From: Candidatus Aquivivens invisus
Lineage (GTDB): Bacteria > Omnitrophota > Gorgyraeia > Aquiviventales > Aquiviventaceae
Reading direction: 5' to 3'
Assembly: GCA_001804415.1 (NCBI GenBank)
Contig: MHGA01000031.1
Span: 10,788 to 74,787, forward strand
Length of the DNA stretch: 64,000 bases
Positions 59,989-64,000 of this stretch are shown here, piece by piece (positions within the stretch are counted from its first letter, which is position 1; every line of letters starts with the position of its first letter). The notes under the pieces are model-generated. The model was not told where the DNA came from. It worked only from the letters and a program-made list of their open reading frames with translations, and made no database searches. A program made the position numbers and the translations under genes.

Positions 59989-60987
59989 TCAAGAGGAGAA
60001 CAAGGTGACGGGATGGCCGGAGCGGCTCCGGAGGGCGGCTCGATAAATGGCATACCCCAAGGCCACGTCATGGACCGCCAGCCCCGTGGAGTCAAACACC
60101 GTGATCTGGTCTGCCCGCGTGCGACCGGCGGCGCGGCCCAGGAGCACCTCGCCCAGCGTGGCGTGGATCGCCCGGCGAGTCAACTGGCCTTTCCGCAAGG
60201 GTACGTTGATCTCGCCGCCATGCATGGCTTGAACCGGCTCATCCACGATAAGGACCGCCTCCCGAAGAATCTGCGGATCCAGCTCTTGCTTGCCGGGCGC
60301 GTCGGCTCCGATCGCGTTGAGATGCGTCCCGGGCCTGATCCACTCGCGTCTGACCAGCGGCCGGCGGGAGGGCGTGAGCGTGATCACCACATCCGCGTCC
60401 TTCACGCACGCGTTCACCGTCCCGACGGGAATCAACGTGACGCCAAGACGTCGACCAGCCGATCGACAGAATCGTGCCGCCTCCCCGCGACGATAGCCCC
60501 ACACGGCGATGCGATCCACCCGGCGGACCTGCAGCAAACCCTCCAACTGGGACAAGGCCTGCGCCCCGCAGCCGACCAGGCCGACCCGAGCCATGCGGGA
60601 TCGCGCGAGCGCAGCAATGGCGACGGCCGCGGCCGCGCCGGTGCGCAGGCGCGTCACGCTGAGACCGTCCATGACCGCCAGCGGGAATCCGGTTGCCGGG
60701 TCATTGAGGATGACGGTCCCCATCACCGTCGGCAGACCCTTGCGCTGATTCTGCGGGTGGACGTTCACCCACTTGATCCCGCACACCGCGGGACGGCGCA
60801 GCGCGGAGGGCATCGCGCGAAAGTCGCCGTATCCCGGGAGATCAAGGTAGACTTTAGGCGGCATCGAGGTCTCTCCGCGAGCCTGGGCAATGAATGCCTC
60901 GCGGATGACCCGGATCGCCGTCTGCATGTCGATGAGCCGGTCAATCTCGGATTGGGTGAGGATGAGGGTTGAGCGCGGCCTGGTCAT
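59989..60987 (-). CDS. Ornithine cyclodeaminase/mu-crystallin family (archaeal-type alanine dehydrogenase-like)
   Basis: [50 protein letters not shown]. Confidence 0.9.
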   Translation of the reverse strand: MTRPRSTLILTQSEIDRLIDMQTAIRVIREAFIAQARGETSMPPKVYLDLPGYGDFRAMPSALRRPAVCGIKWVNVHPQNQRKGLPTVMGTVILNDPATGFPLAVMDGLSVTRLRTGAAAAVAIAALARSRMARVGLVGCGAQALSQLEGLLQVRRVDRIAVWGYRRGEAARFCRSAGRRLGVTLIPVGTVNACVKDADVVITLTPSRRPLVRREWIRPGTHLNAIGADAPGKQELDPQILREAVLIVDEPVQAMHGGEINVPLRKGQLTRRAIHATLGEVLLGRAAGRTRADQITVFDSTGLAVHDVALGYAIYRAALRSRSGHPVTLFSS

Positions 60988-61712
60988 GGCCGGAACTGAT
61001 TCGCCAGACGGCGAAAACGGCTTTCATAGAGCAGATGGGACACCGACTGCTTCTCCGGGAAATGCTGCGCAATCAACTCGCGAAGCTTGGCCTGCTGGAT
61101 GTCCAGATCGATGGCCGGCGTGTCGCCTTCCACGATCATCTGACAGATCCGGTCGGCCTGGCGCTGGATGGCCTGCGCGTGCTCATTGTCATCGCAGAGC
61201 GTGGCCAGCCGGATCTGAAGCTCGTGATAGATGGATGTCCAATTACCGCTGGAGAGCGGGATCAGCTCCAGATCCCGCCGTCGCTTTAACGCGTTCAGGA
61301 ACGGCAGACGCTGGACGCCGGCGGTCGCCACGATGCGGGGACCCCGATCCAGAGCCTCCTCCACCGCGTGCTGGAACGCCCGCGAGCACAGCTCCATCCG
61401 CCCGATCTCATCGAGAAACAAGACCAAGGCCTGACGCCGAGCCCGCCGGATAATCCCCACCGCCACCTCATCGAGCACCTTGACATTGACGTGATACGGC
61501 CCGACCCGGCAGCGGCTGTCCAGCTCGCGATGCGCCAGCAAGACCTGACGGCCATCCAAGCTGCTGAGCCAAAACCCAAGCCGACGCCCCTCCTCACGGA
61601 GCTCTTCCGTGAAGAATCCATCGATCCGGCGCCCCTGAAGCGGCTCGATTAATCGCTTGATCAAGGTGGTTTTCCCCACGGCTGGGCGCCCGACGATCAG
61701 CAGGTGTTTCAT
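60984..61712 (-). CDS. THEP1/HCR-type nucleoside triphosphatase with extra C-terminal helical domain
   Basis: GRPAVGKTT, GFFTEE.R..G.R.GF, RVG.Y.V, DEIGRMEL. Confidence 0.85.
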   Translation of the reverse strand: MKHLLIVGRPAVGKTTLIKRLIEPLQGRRIDGFFTEELREEGRRLGFWLSSLDGRQVLLAHRELDSRCRVGPYHVNVKVLDEVAVGIIRRARRQALVLFLDEIGRMELCSRAFQHAVEEALDRGPRIVATAGVQRLPFLNALKRRRDLELIPLSSGNWTSIYHELQIRLATLCDDNEHAQAIQRQADRICQMIVEGDTPAIDLDIQQAKLRELIAQHFPEKQSVSHLLYESRFRRLANQFRP

Positions 61713-61744
61713 GTGGCGGGGCAGCTGCCAATCGGGGTGTGTGT

Positions 61745-62464
61745 TTAGCCGATCACCCCGCGCGCCTTGAGGCTGACGGTCCCGCGCGAGGCGACAATCA
61801 GGTGGTCCAGCACCTCGATGCCGAGCAGCCGTCCGGCCTGGGCGAGTCGTTTCGTCAACACCAGGTCATGCGCGGACGGTTCAGGGTCACCGGACGGATG
61901 GTTGTGGGCGATGATGACCGCCGCAGCCGACGCCGCAATCGCTTCCTTGAAGAGCTCCCGCGGGTGCACGAGGCTCGCCGAGAGGCTCCCCACGGCAATG
62001 GACTCAAGCCGAATCAGCTGATGTCGCGAGTCAAGCAGCAAGGCGACGAAATGCTCTTTTTTCTTATCCACAAGCGCCGGTCGCAGAATCGCCTCAGCGG
62101 CCTCAGCCGTCTCGACCGCTTGGGGGCGGGTCTGCGGGACCTTCCAGGCCCGCCGGGCCAGCTCCACGGAGGCTTTGAGCTGCACTGCCTTCGCACTCCC
62201 GATCCCCCGCACGGTTCTGAGCTGCTCAATCGAGGCCTCGGCAATCCCCCGCACCGACCCGAACTCGCGCAGGAGGCGCTGTGCGGTGATGAGGACCGAC
62301 TCCCCCGCAATACCTCGACCCAAGATGCAGCACAGCAGTTCTTGTTCTGAAAGCCCTTCCGGTCCGAGCGCGATGAGCCGTTCCCGAGGGCGCTCAGCGG
62401 CAGGAAGGTCTCGAACCGTCAGCCCCGGCCCGTTTGTTCGACGGTGAGAGGTGGTGAATGGCAT
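61745..62464 (-). CDS. radC: RadC (JAB/MPN domain) protein, full-length chromosomal type
   Basis: ERPRERL, HhH GIG..KA, VHPRE, HNHPSGD, LDH. Confidence 0.93.
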   Translation of the reverse strand: MPFTTSHRRTNGPGLTVRDLPAAERPRERLIALGPEGLSEQELLCCILGRGIAGESVLITAQRLLREFGSVRGIAEASIEQLRTVRGIGSAKAVQLKASVELARRAWKVPQTRPQAVETAEAAEAILRPALVDKKKEHFVALLLDSRHQLIRLESIAVGSLSASLVHPRELFKEAIAASAAAVIIAHNHPSGDPEPSAHDLVLTKRLAQAGRLLGIEVLDHLIVASRGTVSLKARGVIG

Positions 62465-62485
62465 CGCGTGTGGCATGGTACACCA

Positions 62486-63133
62486 TTACCGGGATCGTGT
62501 CACCCCGAGCTTGGGACAGAAGGCATCCAAAGGACAGCGGCTGCACCAGGGCGACGTGGGATGGCAGAGGTTCTGCCCAAAGGTGACCAGGAGATCGTTG
62601 AAGACGATCCAATGCCGCTTGGGGAGCTGCTTGCGGAGGGCCATTTCCGTCTGCTCCGGCGTCCTGGTTCTCACATACCCCCAGCGGTTCGTGATGCGAT
62701 GCACATGGGTATCCACGCAGATCCCGGGCTGCCGGTAGGCCAGCGTTACCACCAGGTTCGCCGTTTTGCGCCCGACGCCTTTGATGGTCAAGAGCTCATC
62801 CAGGGCGTGTGGCACACGGCCGCCGTACCGATCAAGGAGGGTGCGGCAGACCGCCTGGATCGTGCGAGCTTTGGTGTGATAGAACCCGACGGGATAAATC
62901 GCCCGTTCGATCGTCGGAATCGGGAGCTCGAGCATCGCCCGCGGGCTGCGGGCTAAGGCAAACAACCGCCGGGAGGCGGCGTGCGTCGTCTCGTCTTTGG
63001 TGCGCAGGCTCAGCAGGCAACTGATCAGCGTGGCGAACGGATCGTCGCGATAGTGGCCAACCACCGGCTCCTTCCACTGGCGAACGAGCCGCTTCAGGAT
63101 CCTGACGACCCGATCGATGCGCTGATTCGTCAC
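62486..63133 (-). CDS. nth: Endonuclease III
   Basis: LSLRTKD, GFYHTKA, GVGRKTANLV, VDTHVHR, C-x6-C-x2-C-x5-C. Confidence 0.94.
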   Translation of the reverse strand: MTNQRIDRVVRILKRLVRQWKEPVVGHYRDDPFATLISCLLSLRTKDETTHAASRRLFALARSPRAMLELPIPTIERAIYPVGFYHTKARTIQAVCRTLLDRYGGRVPHALDELLTIKGVGRKTANLVVTLAYRQPGICVDTHVHRITNRWGYVRTRTPEQTEMALRKQLPKRHWIVFNDLLVTFGQNLCHPTSPWCSRCPLDAFCPKLGVTRSR

Positions 63134-63918
63134 CAGATCCCCTGGAACAGCTCCCGGACCTTCGCCTGCACGTCCGGAGCCGTCATCAGGGCTTCGCCGA
63201 TCAAGACCGCCTGCACCCCCAGCTCAGCCAGACGCTTCACATCGGCAGCCGACTGCACCCCGCTTTCGGCGATGACCACGACGCCCTTGGGTATCTTCGG
63301 CGCGAGGCGCTCGATCGTCTCCGGATGCATCGAGAAATCCCGCAGATCGCGGCTGTTGATCCCGATCAGCGTCGCCCCGGCGCGCAGCGCGCGATCCAGC
63401 TCGGGTTCGGCGTGGATCTCCACGAGCGCCGCTAAACCTAGGCGCGAGGAAAGCGCCAGGAGCTCCTTGAGCTGTGGCTCCGTCAGCAGCTGGACGATCA
63501 GGAGCACCGCATCGGCCTGCGCGCTCAGCGCCTCGTAGACCTGGTAGGGTTCCAGCAGGAAATCCTTGCGCAGGATCGGCAGCTCCGTGAAGTCGTGAGC
63601 ATCCCGTACGAACTCGAGGCTGCCGCCGAAAAAATGCTCATCGGTGAGCACGGACAAGGCCGCCGCGCCAGCCTCCTGAAGTTCCTGCGCCAGGCGCGGC
63701 GGATCGAAACGCTCACGCAACATGCCTTTCGAGGGCGACCGGCGCTTCAGTTCCGCGATGAGGGCCGGTCGCTTGCCGACATCCCGCAACGCGGCGACGA
63801 AGTCGCGCTCGGCGCGCCGGCCCTGCACCCGCCGCGTGAGCTCCTCCAGCGGCAGCCGCTGTTTGGACGCGGCGACTTCTTCGCGTTTGTGCGCGAGAAT
63901 CTCATCGAGGATCATCAT
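63130..63918 (-). CDS. trpC: Indole-3-glycerol phosphate synthase
   Basis: IAELKRRSPSKG, SVLTD..FFGGS, LRKDF, GINSR.L, ESG. Confidence 0.97.
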   Translation of the reverse strand: MMILDEILAHKREEVAASKQRLPLEELTRRVQGRRAERDFVAALRDVGKRPALIAELKRRSPSKGMLRERFDPPRLAQELQEAGAAALSVLTDEHFFGGSLEFVRDAHDFTELPILRKDFLLEPYQVYEALSAQADAVLLIVQLLTEPQLKELLALSSRLGLAALVEIHAEPELDRALRAGATLIGINSRDLRDFSMHPETIERLAPKIPKGVVVIAESGVQSAADVKRLAELGVQAVLIGEALMTAPDVQAKVRELFQGIW

Positions 63919-64000
63919 GACCGGCTGATTTCGACGGCGCGCTCCAGCACCGTTTGGGCTCGGCCGGATTCCAGCGCGTCAACGGCTTTTTGAATGCCCT
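63915..64000 (-). CDS. trpD: Anthranilate phosphoribosyltransferase, 3' end only
   Basis: GIQKAVDALESGRAQTVLERAVEISRS* resembles the TrpD C-terminus; ATGA overlap with trpC. Confidence 0.7.
   Translation of the reverse strand, partial: GIQKAVDALESGRAQTVLERAVEISRS

Noticed and set aside
61745-62464. radC as a marker of a mobile element
   Set aside because: It is the full-length HhH+JAB chromosomal form, with no integrase, att sites or transfer genes nearby.

Overview
A 64-kb GC-rich bacterial chromosome segment, probably from the PVC superphylum. It carries the PVC 'small basic protein', and the gene content fits Omnitrophota/OP3 (inference). The window spans the replication terminus: a dif-like XerCD site lies at 25629-25656, genes left of it are on the + strand and almost all genes right of it are on the - strand. 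Left arm: guaA, a SAM methyltransferase, dnaE, HU/IHF, hisS, a short aspS, phoH-ybeY-recO-glyQS-ppdK, a sigma70-family factor overlapped by tRNA-Arg(CCT), an outer-membrane beta-barrel, GH57, inositol-1-phosphate synthase, a CPBP protease, two TIGR04073-like proteins, DUF3108 and a Rieske ferredoxin. Right arm: era/yqeY, an MFS transporter, a TPR-metallopeptidase, a lipid-degradation cluster, a PilZ/ExeAB locus with two unannotated micro-proteins, aroB, nnrE, plsY/pgsA, lepAB, rpe, an M16 peptidase, ruvX and an interrupted trp operon. I saw no CRISPR array, rRNA, transposase or integrase. The main candidate novel system is the lipid cluster: GDPD, a cNMP/MinD-like/patatin protein with a transmembrane insert, a full beta-oxidation set and a lysophospholipase. 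Other notable signals are inverted heptamer-repeat hairpins at gene junctions, a shared 29-nt element upstream of exeA and pgsA, many leaderless sigma70 promoters, in-frame palindromic inserts in housekeeping enzymes, and a tRNA that contains a sigma-factor stop codon. All family calls come from motif recognition by eye; no database search was run.
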